Assembly (NCBI GenBank): GCA_964016885.1
Contig: OZ024750.1
Span: 8,122,001-8,186,000, forward strand
Direction: 5' to 3'
Source: Eledone cirrhosa
Lineage: Eukaryota
Length of the DNA: 64,000 nt
Below are positions 27,576-44,389 of the stretch, one piece after another. Within the stretch, counting starts at the first letter, position 1; every line of letters starts with the position of its first letter. The notes below the pieces were generated by a model. The model worked only from the letters and a program-made list of their open reading frames with translations. It did no database searches and was not told the origin of the DNA. A program made the translations under genes and the position numbers.

Positions 27576-28521
27576 CCATATGGAATAAATAATACCGATG
27601 TAGTATATTCCTTATCCTTTATAAATAGTCCCTCATAATTATTGAACTATTTTAAACAATTTGTGTAGGTTTCATGTAAAGATGTTATTAACTATTTTCT
27701 ACTCGTGCTTACATGTTACCTTTCTTAAATGATATATTTTAAATATACGTATTTCTGCAATATATGTGTAGTAATATAACAGCTGAACATTTTATAGTTA
27801 TTAAAAAGGAATAAATTTATTATTTATTGAACAAAACATGGCACATGTCTAAGTTTCCATCTTCGTGAAGAATTACTGAATTACGTGAGCTACCTTATGT
27901 GTGTAATTATGTAAACTACATTATATATATAGATAGATAGATGCATATATAATTATTTGCAAACTGATACAATCTACCATATTTAAATATTGATACAATA
28001 CGCTCTATTCTATATAATTATACAAACTTATCACTCAGAAGCTACCCTTTCCTATAATGTCTCATGCTGCTGTATTTATCTAATTATAAAAGCGACCCTC
28101 TTATAATATTTTACGAGTTTTCATATTTACTTAATTAAACAAGCTACACTATTTATAATATATGATATCTATTAATCGATCGATGAAACAACTTTCTACT
28201 ATATTGATTTCCTGATTTATGGGTCGACGCTTTCATTTAAGATGTTTAAACTATGTAGATATGGTTATGCTGGTTGTTTTATGATCAACGTTGTTATTAA
28301 GTATCTCCATGTTAGCGCTGAATCAGCAGGTTTATAATGAAAATGTTCTAAGTGTATCTATCCGATTTGTTTTGTATATCAGGAAGATTTTTGCGTTCTT
28401 TTTTAAGACGATGCGATGTGACATACTCTTCATTTCCTCCACCTCAACGTTTTCTCTCTCTCCTTATTCCTCTTTCTTCCACTTCCTTGCCCCTTGAACT
28501 TTTCTGTCAGGTCACTCTTGA

Positions 28522-28760
28522 GTTCTACTAGTAGCATGTAATCCAGTACAAACTATCACCTCGTCGGGTCGTCGGCGACTAAACCGGCAACCCCACCAAG
28601 TTTACTTGGTGAGGAGGGTGATTTTGGACACTCTACAGGACAAATAATAAAACCTGACAAAGGGCGGAAGAACTCATAAGAGTCAATGGCCATCTCAAGT
28701 TAGAAGAGCACTATTGTATTGAGCAACCGAAACAAATATGAAGTACACCAAATCCAATGC
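28522..28760 (+). mobile_element. 5' part of an RTE-like element
   Basis: Homologous to 39339-39515 (ccagtaca...gtcgggtcgtcggcgactaaaccggcaaccccaccaag...gaggagggtg). A diverged minus-strand copy lies at ~34515-34610. Confidence 0.7.
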
Positions 28761-29700
28761 GCCTAAGGGCGGCCCTGTTTCTTCTTATTTGCGAGTGTAA
28801 ACTCGGCCAGATTAGATTAGATTGACCCTAGACTACTTTGACGTGCCTCCAGCGCATTCTGTGGATCTACCTGTCACCACTCACACTCTATTCGAAGAAT
28901 GCAAACTTACGCTTCTTTCGTTTTCCACTATTATATTCGATGAGATTCGTCTCGAATTTTTTTAATACTTTGACGTAATCTCTGCTAAATATATGTTTTG
29001 TTGAACGATAAATATATCGCCAGTGAGAGTCACACATATTTGACAGCCTCACATATCTGAAACCCAACTTTATTTAATCGTACTGGCGTTATTTCCTTTC
29101 CTTGCTTATATATAATGTACTACTAATTGCTTGCATAATCTCAGTTGATTGAAGTTTTTCAACTTGCTATATTATATATGCAAGACTTTAGAGTATTTGT
29201 ACTGCGAATTCATAAGAGTCATTTGCGGTATTTTCCCCAGTCATATGATCGATATTCATAATCAGCACTACTGTTCTCCATTTATTTCTATAATATACTG
29301 ATCATATCTATATCTTGTTAATTGAGATGAATATGCTTAGCTGCACTGATCTAACAATTTCATAAAGCATCTGCTTGCTTTTACAGATTACTTTTAAATA
29401 TGAGATCTGTTCCAATCTGCATTGTATATACTGTCCAAATATTATGGTCAACTAATCATATTCAGCTCATCTCTCCTGATTGTTTTTTTTTTTTGTTTTT
29501 TTTTTAGAGTTATATACACTCGGAAAATATATTTTTCACATATTGCGTACATGATCTCAATTGATCAAATTTTTATCAACTCGTATTATTAAATACATGA
29601 AGCACCGCTTCATCAATGTCTGGCTGAACACAATGTTTTCCCATCCTACTACTGGGCCATTGTCCTCTCTACAAGCCATGGCATCTATTCACAAAAAATA

Positions 29701-29889
29701 TAACTCTTTCTATTTTTTTACACAAGGCCAGCATTTATCCCAGTGCATTACTGGCACTTTATTTTATCGACCCCGTAAGGATGAAAGGCAAAGTTAACCT
29801 CGGTGGGATTTGAACTCAGACCGAAAAGAGGCGTAACTCTATGTTGCAAAGCATGGCGTCCGACCCTCTACCGATACTGGCAATCCACC
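29701..29889 (-). mobile_element. S1 SINE
   Basis: Consensus match. Confidence 0.88.
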
Positions 29890-31586
29890 ATTTATTAGTA
29901 TACATGGGGCCGAAAAAGATAAGGATTGTAACAGTCAAAATACATTTGGTTGAAAGCCGTTTAGACTAAGGCCAACCTGGGGCAGAAAAAAAAACAAAAA
30001 AAAAAACAACAGGCATGATTATTTATTCATTTATTTATTTTTGTAAGAGTGTTCCGCAGGTGATGCTGGAAAACGTTAGGTTATTTCACCCTAGATATAC
30101 TAATGGGAAATCTTATAGTTCAACCATTCAATGAGCTATGGAACTCACACTAACATTTTTAATCTATTTTTATGTATCAACAAAATATATTTATGAGGTT
30201 CTCACAAAACCCATGAAACAAAATATCTATATCTATAATGCGGAAATTGCAATGAAGCCAGGGAAATATAAGAGTTATGTTATATAAATGGTTTAATGTC
30301 TAAAATATATAATGATATTGATATTTATTATTGATATATAAATTTTGAAGGTAATGTTATTGTAAATTCAAAACGCAGGACGGCAATATTGTCCAGGCTT
30401 TAATATACACATACGCGCGCGGACACACGTACAAGTATGTATGTATGTATGTATGTATGTATGTATGTATGTATGTATGTATGTATGTATGTATGTATGT
30501 ATATAGGGGCGCATTCATTATATTATATTACATAGAGAGAGAGAACAGAAGAGAAAGAATGAGGTAGATATATAAGGTATATATATATATATATATGTAA
30601 ACATATATATATATGTGTGTGTCTATGTATAAATATATGTAAACATATATATAAACATTTATATAAACATATATATATATATAAGCATATATATATATAA
30701 TTATATATATATATAATTATATATATATATATTTATAAGCATATATATATATAATTATATATATATATAATTATTCATAAACTCGCGCATATATATACGT
30801 TTTATGTATGCGTGTATGCATGTATGTGTATTAAATTGTATAGCTTTATTGATCTATTAATTATTGCACTTCCATAATATTTATAGATTATTGCAAAATG
30901 TTTCCTGTGGTGTATCATCAAAAATATCCATCTTACTCTCTACATTAAATTCTAATCGAATTTTTATGGATTCTTCATTTCTTTAACTTTAACTATTCAT
31001 AGCTAATGGATATATTCAATGGTTCGGAATAAGGCACGAATTTGTTGTTGTGGGAGTGCAGTGTTCGTTTGAATAACGTTTATCCTGTTCTCTGCCCATC
31101 TCTGCTGACACCATTTTGAAACGTCTCTAGGCGGTCAAGCTTTGTAATACATATATCTAAAGACTGCCTCGAGTCCAAAGGGTCAAACGACAGGGGCTTA
31201 TACCGGTTTCCTTGGCACATAAAGTAACCGAGAGAAGTAGACTTTCCACTGGAGATGACGGTAGACCATCGGAGAGTTAAGCCCCACTTATTGCTGGTAC
31301 TCATTTTTAGTTGAGTGACGTGAAATGCAGCTTATTGTTATGCACAATGTATAGAAACTCTGACAAAGTTAAACTTGTCCATGTAATTGATATAAACATA
31401 CTTGATCAATTAATTAATGAATAAAGTGCATTTTTTGATAATTGAAAATGTAATGTAGCGTATACTATTTTGATAAGCATCTAATTTTAACCTTGCTTTG
31501 AAACTTGATCGCTTTAGTTACACTATATCTTGTTAGTACTATGATAATTAATATATCTATATAAATTATATATATATATATGAATA

Positions 31587-31644
31587 TAGGAAAAAGTATG
31601 ACTCCGACGGCAGAGCTCAAGCCGTTTCGACGGCTATTTCTGGA

Positions 31645-31689
<45 letters not shown>

Positions 31690-31888
31690 CGAAGGAAATG
31701 TGGTGGTAAGGAACCAGGTGGACCATAACGCACCAAAGTACTCAATACTTAGGGTAGTAGAGTGGCTAATAGGAACAAGTAAGACCCCGACGGCTGAGCT
31801 CAAGCCGTTTCGACGGCTAATTCAGGACGGCTAATCCAGAAATAGCCGTCGAAACGGCTTGAGCTCAGCCGTCGGGGTCTTACTTGTT

Positions 31889-31892
<4 letters not shown>
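31587..31892. mobile_element. Family B elements: half copy 31587-31647 and fold-back copy 31689-31892, separated and flanked by (TA)n
   Basis: taggaacaagtaagaccccgacggctgagctcaagccgtttcgacggcta is inverted against tagccgtcgaaacggcttgagctcagccgtcggggtcttacttgttccta. Confidence 0.8.
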
Positions 31893-31966
<74 letters not shown>

Positions 31967-32401
31967 CATATATATATATACATATATATATATATTTTTA
32001 TACTTGGGGAGGGTCATATTTGTGTAATAATATTGCCAGAATTAATAACGGAACAGACTCACTGTTTGGTTGGTTTTCGATTCTGTCTCTTTTATATCGG
32101 TTAATTTAATTTATTCGGTCCTCACTGTAACATACACAAGCACAATAACAACAAACACATATAAACACACACTAGTAAACTAAGATAGAATACAATAACA
32201 AATACACAGTCACCGAAACACGAACACACATCAAACAAAACACTATACACACACGCAAACGCATGCGCAGAGAAGACAAATAAATAAACAAATAAATAAA
32301 CAAACTAAATAAAGATGGCGTAAGCATACAATACAACGGGAGGAAACATAATAGTACCACTGACGATGTTGCAGATGTGTAACGAAAGAACTTTATTAGA
32401 C

Positions 32402-34463
<2,062 letters not shown>

Positions 34464-35545
34464 AAATAAGTGGAACCCCATCAGCACAAATAAACAAGAG
34501 CTTTTATATAAACATATCCCCTTCACCTGTCTGGTGAGGTAGCCGCTTTTGTTTCCGACATCTCGACCATGAAAAGCCGGTTGTACTGGGTTACATGGTA
34601 CCTGTAGCAGGCAGAAGCCAGGCCTGACATAACTGTACTTTTAAATAAAACAAAAACTACCATATACAACCTTTCAGTTACAGTTTAGTCGAAATAGTGT
34701 GTAACCCCGTATCCCAGACGGCAAGCTGCCAAATTGAAACAACAACAACTCCAAAAATGATCATGTAATTGCATATATGTTCGTAGTTGTTATCATTCAA
34801 TTCAAATGATTGTGAACTTAATGTATTTGAAAAAACAAACTATGGCAAGTACAGGAAAATAACCCTTTTATCTATAGCAGAAAGGATAACCTGCGGTGTT
34901 TAGAAGAAAATCAATAAAAATCCTCTTAGATTCATTCTAGATCAGGGTATGGCATAATGGATGTAGTTCATAGTCGGCAATATATTTTGGAAAAAGCCAG
35001 AATGCGATCGATATATGACAGATATCGATCTAACTATATCTGTTTACATCATGTCATTGGATGACTTGGAAAGATCTTTCCATGCTGCTTCTTCCTGCCA
35101 GAATAGTCGGAATATTTAATTCCATTGAACAAAGAGTGGTGTGGTTTTGCACCTACAGATGTCATGACGGTGTGATTAGTTAAACATCAACATTCAAATA
35201 ATGACACACACGGGGCGAGAGTTCATATAACACTTTGAAATTTACAGTTAGTATAGTATTTATATATTTGCTTTGTTTGGTTTTTGTGAAAAGATTTTAT
35301 TCTAACATATGTCAAACTAACCAGCTGCAAAGTGAATGACGTTAGAAATTTAACATATAGAACATGCACACACTCAAATACGCACGCATGTATGTATGTC
35401 CGTATATATGTATACATGTATGTATGCATCTATCTATACATGTCTTTCCATCAATCTATCTATATTCTGTATGCATTTATATGTGGATATATATATATAT
35501 AGAGAGAGAGAAAGATATATATATATAGTAATAATAATAAATATG

Positions 35546-35800
35546 AAGACTAAAATCGAAAGAGGACTCGATAAGGATTAATATATATCAAATATATAAG
35601 AACCCTAGATCAAATATTTATTAAAATAACAGATTAAAGTTTAAGCAAAGAATCGCTGCTTTCACCCTTAACGGGATGTTCTGAAACTAAAACAAATCTT
35701 TACTTCTGCGTTCACAGATTGATTATTTTAGTTTCAGAAGATCCCGTTAAAGGTGAAAGCAGCGATTCTTTGCTTAAACTTTAATCTGTTATTTTAATAT
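35546..35800. mobile_element. Family C (TA)n-anchored fold-back element
   Basis: Inverted arms ~35620-35692 / 35726-35799. Upstream piece aagactaaaatcgaaagaggactcgataag is shared with 7180-7210. Confidence 0.7.
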
Positions 35801-37617
35801 ATATATATATATCACATAAGAAACGGAGAATCAGTGGTGCGACGAACTAGAATTTATTAGACATATTACAATAATTTCTCTGGCGACCAGCTCCAGGCAC
35901 GATCGATGCGATGATCGAACCTGACTCTGAAATCGCAAGTTCCTCGCACTGCTGTGACAGGTTCTCGCGTTAATGTTGTAAGACAGAACATTCGTTGCCT
36001 TTTTTTCTCCCTCTTCCTGGTATATCTGGAGAATTGTTTAGGACAGGGATTCGTATCGCAATACATTTCCATACCAAACGTACCATAGTTTTGTTTCCTT
36101 TTTACTGTTAATAGGAGTGATACACTATTGCTAGGACGGTTCTTGTTCATGTCGAATCTATCCGTCCTCTACTGTGTTTATACCATTTATTACTTGTCAA
36201 AAATAGCGTTTGGATATTCAATAATTACTACAATGTTTCTAACTAAGATAAGTTACAAATAACTGAATTATCTCTTCCAAAAATACATAGTAATTATTCA
36301 TCTTGCAATAGAAACAATAATAAGTCGTAGATTGATAGCAGACAAATAATATTTGCTTTTTGCTTTTGGGAGTAATCATTTTAATATATTTTATTTTATT
36401 TTCTACACTAACTCAAAATAGTTTAGAATAATTTGCTCTTTCTATTTAAATATGTTTCCTATCTGCTCAAATCGCTAAACTGGTAATCTAGTTGCCAAAG
36501 CTTTTCAGTTCAATAAAATAAAGTACTATTTCAGGGACGGTGGATTGTCAGAATTATGATAGCGTGAGACTAGAAAGATTGTCAAGTCTTTTCCTGCTCT
36601 ATTCATTCTGAGTATTCAAATTACATAGACGCCCAGGGCTGACCACAACACAGACAACTACGTTATGAAAATGACAATGGGGGTAATCGGTTGTAACCTC
36701 TGCCACCGCAATCTGACGATGATGATGATGGTAATGTATGTTGGAGGTAAAAATGTATAAAGGGATACATCTGAATAGAAAAGTTCAAGCAATTATTTTT
36801 CCATATTTGCCCGAAAAATATAAGAACTGATCGTTTAATATCTGCTTTATATCTTTATTATACAACTATTATGTCCCAACCATTGACGACTCTTTATTCG
36901 TGCAAGCTGAAGATTAAATTGTTGTTCAAATAACAAACAATAATTCCAAAATGTGAGTTGTTTATTTACGTATAAACCATTTATATAAGCTATTCAGTGG
37001 CAACTGCAATTTCCAGTTATGTATTATTAAATGGAGTTCCTTAATCCGTTTTATTTCCATTACTTTGCGATTACCTAGAAAAGTTGTTGCAATACTCAAT
37101 TTATTTGCTGCTAAAACATTATTGATTTAATGATTCAAGAAATATCATTCGTTCAACTGACACAATATTTACATTAAACATATTCCAAAGAAATACGACA
37201 CTTACACCGATCAATAGAAGGTCTGAGAATATGTCTCTGAATTAAATCGGTTCTTCATCATGAAAATGACCAAAAGTTATCTCTTCTGTTTCATGTAGTT
37301 GCCAGTGATGATATGTTTCAGCAAATGACTGCATGTGCTTCTGTGTAGTTGGTAAATATGTGTCGTTTAGGGTGGAAGTAATAGGTCTTGTCTGATTATT
37401 AAAGGTTGCAAATGATGTGTTTTAACATGGAATGGGCTTTAGAGAACTTAGGAAATTTCTTCTTTGTGACGAGATTTAATAGGTCTGATCAAAGTCCTCT
37501 AATATTTTGATTTTTTGTTGGAATGTTCGGGATTTAATGACACGCGCTTGTTCAATATTCAAAGCCTGTTCAAAATAAACTCTGCGTTTCTGGAAATAGA
37601 AATCAGAATATGTTCTT

Positions 37618-37733
<116 letters not shown>

Positions 37734-39049
37734 CCACACACATACACACATCTGTATATATTTACTCCTAGTAATAATTCTAGTAGAGTTCTTAGATTGA
37801 AAACGCGAGTGAATTACTTCCCATGGTTGATTTCCGCCCCTTTTGGGCCACACAGCAGGAGTAGAGGTAATTGTTTTCAAGTTAGTGGCGGATACACTAA
37901 AGCTGAGTCGATACATTCCATTCCAGCATGATGAATACCTGAGAAAATGTCTTGTTTTGTTTTTTTCGTGTTGTTTACTGGACAATACCCAATGAGAAGT
38001 CTTATGCCGATTCCGGGTTGATGACGCACCAGACTGCTAGAATCTCCACTTATTTACGTAACCGTTATTAGCAGTTCGGCTTTTGGTAAAACTGGCTCTG
38101 GTTTGGGTATATATCAATATTTTTGGATATTTTTAATAATTGATTCGATTCTCGTTTGTTTGATATTATTGATATTAATTGTATTAATTTTGTTGATAAT
38201 CCTAATTAATTTGTGGTATATATTAATAATTTTCATATTTTTATTAATTTATTTGATTATCGATTACTTGTTTGTCATATTAATGTTTGTTGATAGTTCT
38301 AATTAATTTGTTCAATATTGCCTCTACACCATTGATTCTGTAAGTGAAGTATTCATCCTGGATTCCAGTTAGCATTGAGTAACATGGGGTGTGATACGAT
38401 GTTACAATGCTTTATCGAAAAAATGATGACAAAAATTAATAATTATAGCTATATCATGTAACAAAGCAATGTGATTGAAATCTCTTCTGGAAAGAGTTGA
38501 TGACAATATGTGATATTAGGGATAGATAATTTAATACTTGATTATGGGAAGAAAAAGAATGTCGTACAAAAAATATATTTTGGTTGTTTATTAACTTTGT
38601 CGATTCAATGTTTGTTTTGTTGATTCAATTTCTTTGAGGTATTATTTATACGAAATAAGAAGGGATAGAAAGAAAAGATAGAACAGAGGAAAACTATAGA
38701 CCTGAATAATTGTAATATTGTGTTAAGATGATATAATGAGGATGTATGTATCAAATACAGAAAAATAATTTAAATCTCAGATGCAATATTTTCATTATCT
38801 AAGGCATTTACAATTTCAATAGAATGCAGGAATGCTTCATATTATATTTACAAAAGATTTATAAATAAAGAAACGGTTATATAGCAAGCATGTGATCAGC
38901 ATATTAAGACTCCTATATTTAAATTACTTAAATGTTCAAATTCCGAAATTTAATGTTCTTTGTAATATCAAGATTAAGAATAAATGAAATATCTTCCTTT
39001 CAAAATTGGAATATAACATTAGTACTAGCAATTAGCGATTGGCAAATGC

Positions 39050-39111
<62 letters not shown>

Positions 39112-39338
39112 GTATATATATATATATATATATTGTGTGTATATATATATATATATATATATTGTGTATATATATATATATATATTGTGTATATATATAT
39201 ATATATATATATTGTGTATATATATATATTGTGTATATATATATATATATATTGTGTATATATATATATATATATTGTGTATATATATATATATTGTGTA
39301 TATATATATATATTGTGTATATATATATATATATATTG

Positions 39339-39931
39339 TGGTGCTACTGGTAACATGTATCCCAGTACAACCTGTCTCATGGTCGGGTCGTTGGCGACTA
39401 AACTGGCAACCCCACCAAGTTTTCTTGGTGAGGAGGGTGACTTTGGACATCCTGCAGGACTAAAAACAAAACCTGTCAAAGGGCAAAGGAGCTCTTGAGA
39501 GTCAATGGCCATCCAAAATCACCGGGAGAGATGACCCCTTAGCCTTTGTCAAGGCAGAATTCTAGGAGAAGGAAAACTCTGATATAACACCTGCAACCCT
39601 GATGGTATCCAATGATGTTGACTTGTTCTTCTTTTTGGTAAATATCATCTTGGTTAAGAGAGTGGGACTGGCGTTGTGCAGTGCCTTTGCTCACTATAAA
39701 AGCTTCACGGCACAGGCATTGCTTTATATCTGGAGATCTCTCTGCACTTGTCGTCACATGGTACCATGGGCCCAGCACTGTGTGTCAATCATTGTCACAA
39801 GTGTAGTGTTTGTACTAGAGTTTTCAAGTCGCTGGCTGGACTGAAAAGTCACACTCGTTCAGCGCATCGGTAGGGGTTCTCCTACATGGATATAAAGTAG
39901 TGGCCGTACTCGAAAACGAGTTGGCAGCCAC
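39339..39931 (+). mobile_element. ~590-bp bipartite non-autonomous RTE-like element inside a TA/TTGTG array
   Basis: 5' region shared with the 28.5 kb copy and 3' region shared with the 18.0-18.6 kb copies. The same (TATATTGTG)-type array lies on both sides. Confidence 0.75.
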
Positions 39932-39999
39932 CATATATATATTGTATATATATATATATATATTGTATATATATATATATTGTGTATATATATATATAT

Positions 40000-40056
<57 letters not shown>

Positions 40057-40630
40057 TATAGGAGGGTGTGTACATTGATACCTCTGAAAAAAAATCCGGT
40101 GAAATGTTTCAAGTATTATTCATATTGTAATAAGACAAAATAGTTTTATTGTTTCCACCCCAGTATTGACCTTCAATATGTATCAGCCAAATCTGGGCTG
40201 ATATTAGTCTTAGGTGTGTTCCACTTAAGATTAGACAACAATGAATATATAAAACTGTTCTTATTCATACTATTTTTAATATAAAAAAATATATCTACAT
40301 TTGTATAAGTCTCAAAATTTGAGGTATATTTTTAAATCAATTACTTCTATATATGATATATATGACTTCCTTTCTGAATCAATGTGCATCACTTCAAATC
40401 TAACTTATTTGTTCTTGCATACACCGCATCATACATATATGAGTAACCTGAATAATTTAAGTATCTATTAACCCACCTGAACTACATACAATAATACATC
40501 ACCTTTAATTCAGCTACCCTGCTAATGGCCTTCTTTAAAGACGTTGCAAGTCTAAGGATAACTCTCACTTTCTGTTAATTTCTATGCAGCCTTCCACCAT
40601 AAAACACACTCAATAAAAAGCTATGGTGGT

Positions 40631-40942
40631 CAGGACCGGATTTAATGGATGGCAAAGGGGGCAATTGCCCGAGCCTCCTGCATGAGTGCCCCCACCTGTA
40701 GCAATTTTTTTGTGCCCTCAGCTGGGCTTTTTAATTTTTAGGATGGTTAGAATTTTTGAATTTCATACCTGTATGTATGACTTTTCATTTCCAATTACTT
40801 GAGCCAAGCTAACGTTGATATGTAAAATTGGGTGAGGGTGCTCTGTCATCTAATTTTTTTGTGTAGGAATGACCGCCCCACCACCACCCCCTCAACCAAG
40901 CCTCAAGTGCCCCGGACCCGCCAATGTCTAAATCCAACCTTG
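40631..40942. mobile_element. hAT-like non-autonomous DNA transposon
   Basis: Termini CAGGACCGGATTTA / TAAATCCAACCTTG. 8-bp TSD atggtggt / gtggtggt (7/8). Confidence 0.75.
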
Positions 40943-41664
40943 GTGGTGGTTGGAATTCTTCATTTGATTAAGCCATATAAAAGACATACCATTGCCTGTA
41001 ACGATACAGAATGATATGTAAATAACAACCCCGACATGTTCATATCGCTATCTACTACTGCATGTAAATATTTCTGTGAAACAAACAACAATAAACAAGT
41101 ACTACTAAATGCTACTTCAATAATGTTTTGTTAAACAAAATAACGGAATCTAAAATAGGTCTTAGATTAAATATGCTGCAAGAATAATATGCAGGCTCAC
41201 AAAACTATACATGGTTGTTGTTTTCTTTAAACAATCGTTTCTAACTCTTGAGTATTCGATTCAGTAAATTCGATTCTTTTATTTCTTCTATAATTTGAAA
41301 TAAGTCAACATTGCTAATTGCTTCTTTCCTTACATAAATCACCCAATAGTTTTAAATTGAAAAAAAAAAGTATTGCAAACAAATGTTTTAATGTTGTATG
41401 TTTGATTTGTTTTATCTGTTATTTCATTTTATTTGTTAATAATTTTTTTGTGTCTGTATTGGCAATATTTTGGTTAATTTTGTCCATTAGTGTCTTGCAG
41501 TTATTGAAATCATGCAATATAATTTAGCTTCATTTCTTGTTTCTAATATTTTTTCACTGAAAACAATTTTGTAGTTCAGTTTTCAATATTTCTCTCGATT
41601 TTTTTTTTTTTTTGATTCCTCACGAGAAAAGTACTTTACATTGTCATTATTATTGTTGCTAGTG

Positions 41665-42002
41665 AGGGGGGTGGATTGGTAGTATCGGTAGAGGGTCGGA
41701 CGCCATGCTTTGCACCATAGAGTTACGGCCCTTTACAATCTGAATTCAAATCCCGCCGAGGTTAACTTTGCCTTCCATCCTTACGGGGTCGATAAAATAA
41801 AGCACCAGTAACGTGCTGGGGTCGATTTAATCGATTTTCCCCCTCCCCCAAAATTGCTGGCCTTGTGCCTATATAAGAAACCATTATTATTTTTGCTAGT
41901 TAAGGTTAACTTTGCCTTTCATCCTTACGGGGTCGATAAAATAAAGTACCAGTAATACACTGGATAATTGCTAGCCTTGTGCCAAAAGTAGAAACAATTA
42001 TT
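41665..42002 (+). mobile_element. S1 SINE (long variant) plus a tandem truncated S1
   Basis: Target-like sequence attattat(t/g)ttgctagt occurs three times (~41646, 41883, 41998). Confidence 0.9.
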
Positions 42003-43194
42003 ATTTTTGCTAGTATTATTTTTTTTTTAAAGCTGTTTGGATTTTTTCTCCATTTATTACACGAGTAGTATAAAAATATTAAGTCCAATCAATTTACAAA
42101 ATAGAGTTTCATGAACAATAGAGCTATAATGGAATGTTTGCTAAGCAGTTTGAAAGAAATAAGAAAAGTCTATAGAGCTTTCTTTCTACAAACCATCCAG
42201 TATAATTACAAAATGATCGGATTAAGAAAACTTATTACATTGTATTAGTTTAAATAACGCAAGCTTCCTGTCTGTATTTATATGTAGTTGCACATGCGCA
42301 TATATATTGTTGATAAAATTGATTTAGAGCAACAGTACAATATATTTTGTAAATAAGTTTGAAGAGCGTCTATCTTTCTCGTTACTATCCACCATTTCCC
42401 TCGAAAAGGGGGAATGTAACACCGAAATATTGAAATAAAAGTTAAACATCGATTTCTGTCATACTGCTACTCTTTTTCACCCTCAATGGTTTCTATCATG
42501 TATGGTACAGGCTTTCTATAACGCTTTTAACTGCTTTAAGACTATTTTTAAATGATTCATACTAACTTCACTGCTTTAATAGTACTAGTATACTTTAGTA
42601 AACCAGGGAAGGAAAGTCACCCTCGTAATTTTGGTATTGGTTACCAGATTATTTGGTAATTGTGTGAAATGTTTGGAAAGAATACAGTAAGTTGGGAGTG
42701 TAGAAAACCTTGCAGAGTGTTTAAATGGGGTTCCGTTCAGAGAAGGATGTTTGTGAGAGGCGGTTTACTCTTGGTTTGGTGATCAGATTATGTATGTATG
42801 TTAGGAATGAGGTGTTCGTTAGATTGTTTATGCCTTAATCACAGAGCAAGGTAGCGTCTATGAATGTTTTCGGGGCCTACATGAATGGTGAGCGGGAGGG
42901 AGAGAATTACCCTCAATCTTTTACATGTTCAGCCATCCGGCTGAGATCATGCTGGGGCACCATATACTTATATCTATATTTTTAACCGTTCGTCACTCAA
43001 TGATAAAAATTGATTAAATTAACTATGGGGATATAGCATATACTGAAGCAAAAACCAATCCAAACCAAACCAAACAGTGAGTGTATTTTATTATTATTTC
43101 TGGCAATATTATAACAATATGACCCTCCCCAAATATATCAATATTTGTTTCAACACACGATTTCATATCACCTTGCAGAACAAATTCATCGCCG

Positions 43195-43230
<36 letters not shown>

Positions 43231-44134
43231 ATGTCGAGAAATACGAATTACTCTGTAAATTGAAAAGAATATATGATTTGCAAAAATATATATTAGATCA
43301 AAAATCGATTAGATATGTTTATTGGGTTTTCAATTTACAGGGAAAATATGCGTATATATAAATAGACGTTGGTGCTGTCTCGGTTACGCACTATGTATTT
43401 ATACACATATAACTTCATCATACACTTCTGCTGTTAGCAGCCCTCTTGCTATATTTCTTAAAAAATTACGAACACGGGCGCTAATTATATTCACATCAGA
43501 ACGTCCAATTCAGAATAATACTAAGAGCAAAAGGATATATATAAGCATAAACTACATATTTACTTAGGTGTTGGACATCATATAATAGTGTTGGAATGTT
43601 TATTCTTGGACTGGCTTTTGTGTTGTTCTTGAGCAAAACACTTCATGTCATGCTGCACCAGAATACTCAGTTGAAAATTAATATTATCAGTGGCAAGTAG
43701 TTTAAGCCTGCGATGATCTGGTGTTCTGTCCAAGCATAGGGCTTGATACTCAACATCTGGTTGACGGTTAAACCGCAACATTAACAGATAACACCAGACT
43801 GTATAATTAAAGACTCTAAACTAATATAACAGTCTTGTCATTGCACTAAACATCTGCGGGGGTCTTATATAAATCTACCAAATTTTTCCGATCCTCAGTG
43901 TTTCAACCCTCGTTAAATAAATTTAAAAAAACCTGCACCAATATATATTCTGCACACGTGATATATTTTCCTATGATATAATCGTCCGCAATAGCATCTG
44001 CGCGTTCTTGCATGGATGTGTATAAATATATATATACGTGTGTATGTATGTATATATATATATATTCATATACACACACACATACATATGTGTGTGTATA
44101 TATATATATATATTCATATACACACACATACATA

Positions 44135-44180
<46 letters not shown>

Positions 44181-44197
44181 TATACACACACGTATAC

Positions 44198-44253
<56 letters not shown>

Positions 44254-44337
44254 GTGTTATATGTACGTGCGTACGTACATCTGTCTGAATGTATGTATAA
44301 ATATGCTTATATGTGTATGTATATATGTATGTGTATT

Positions 44338-44389
<52 letters not shown>

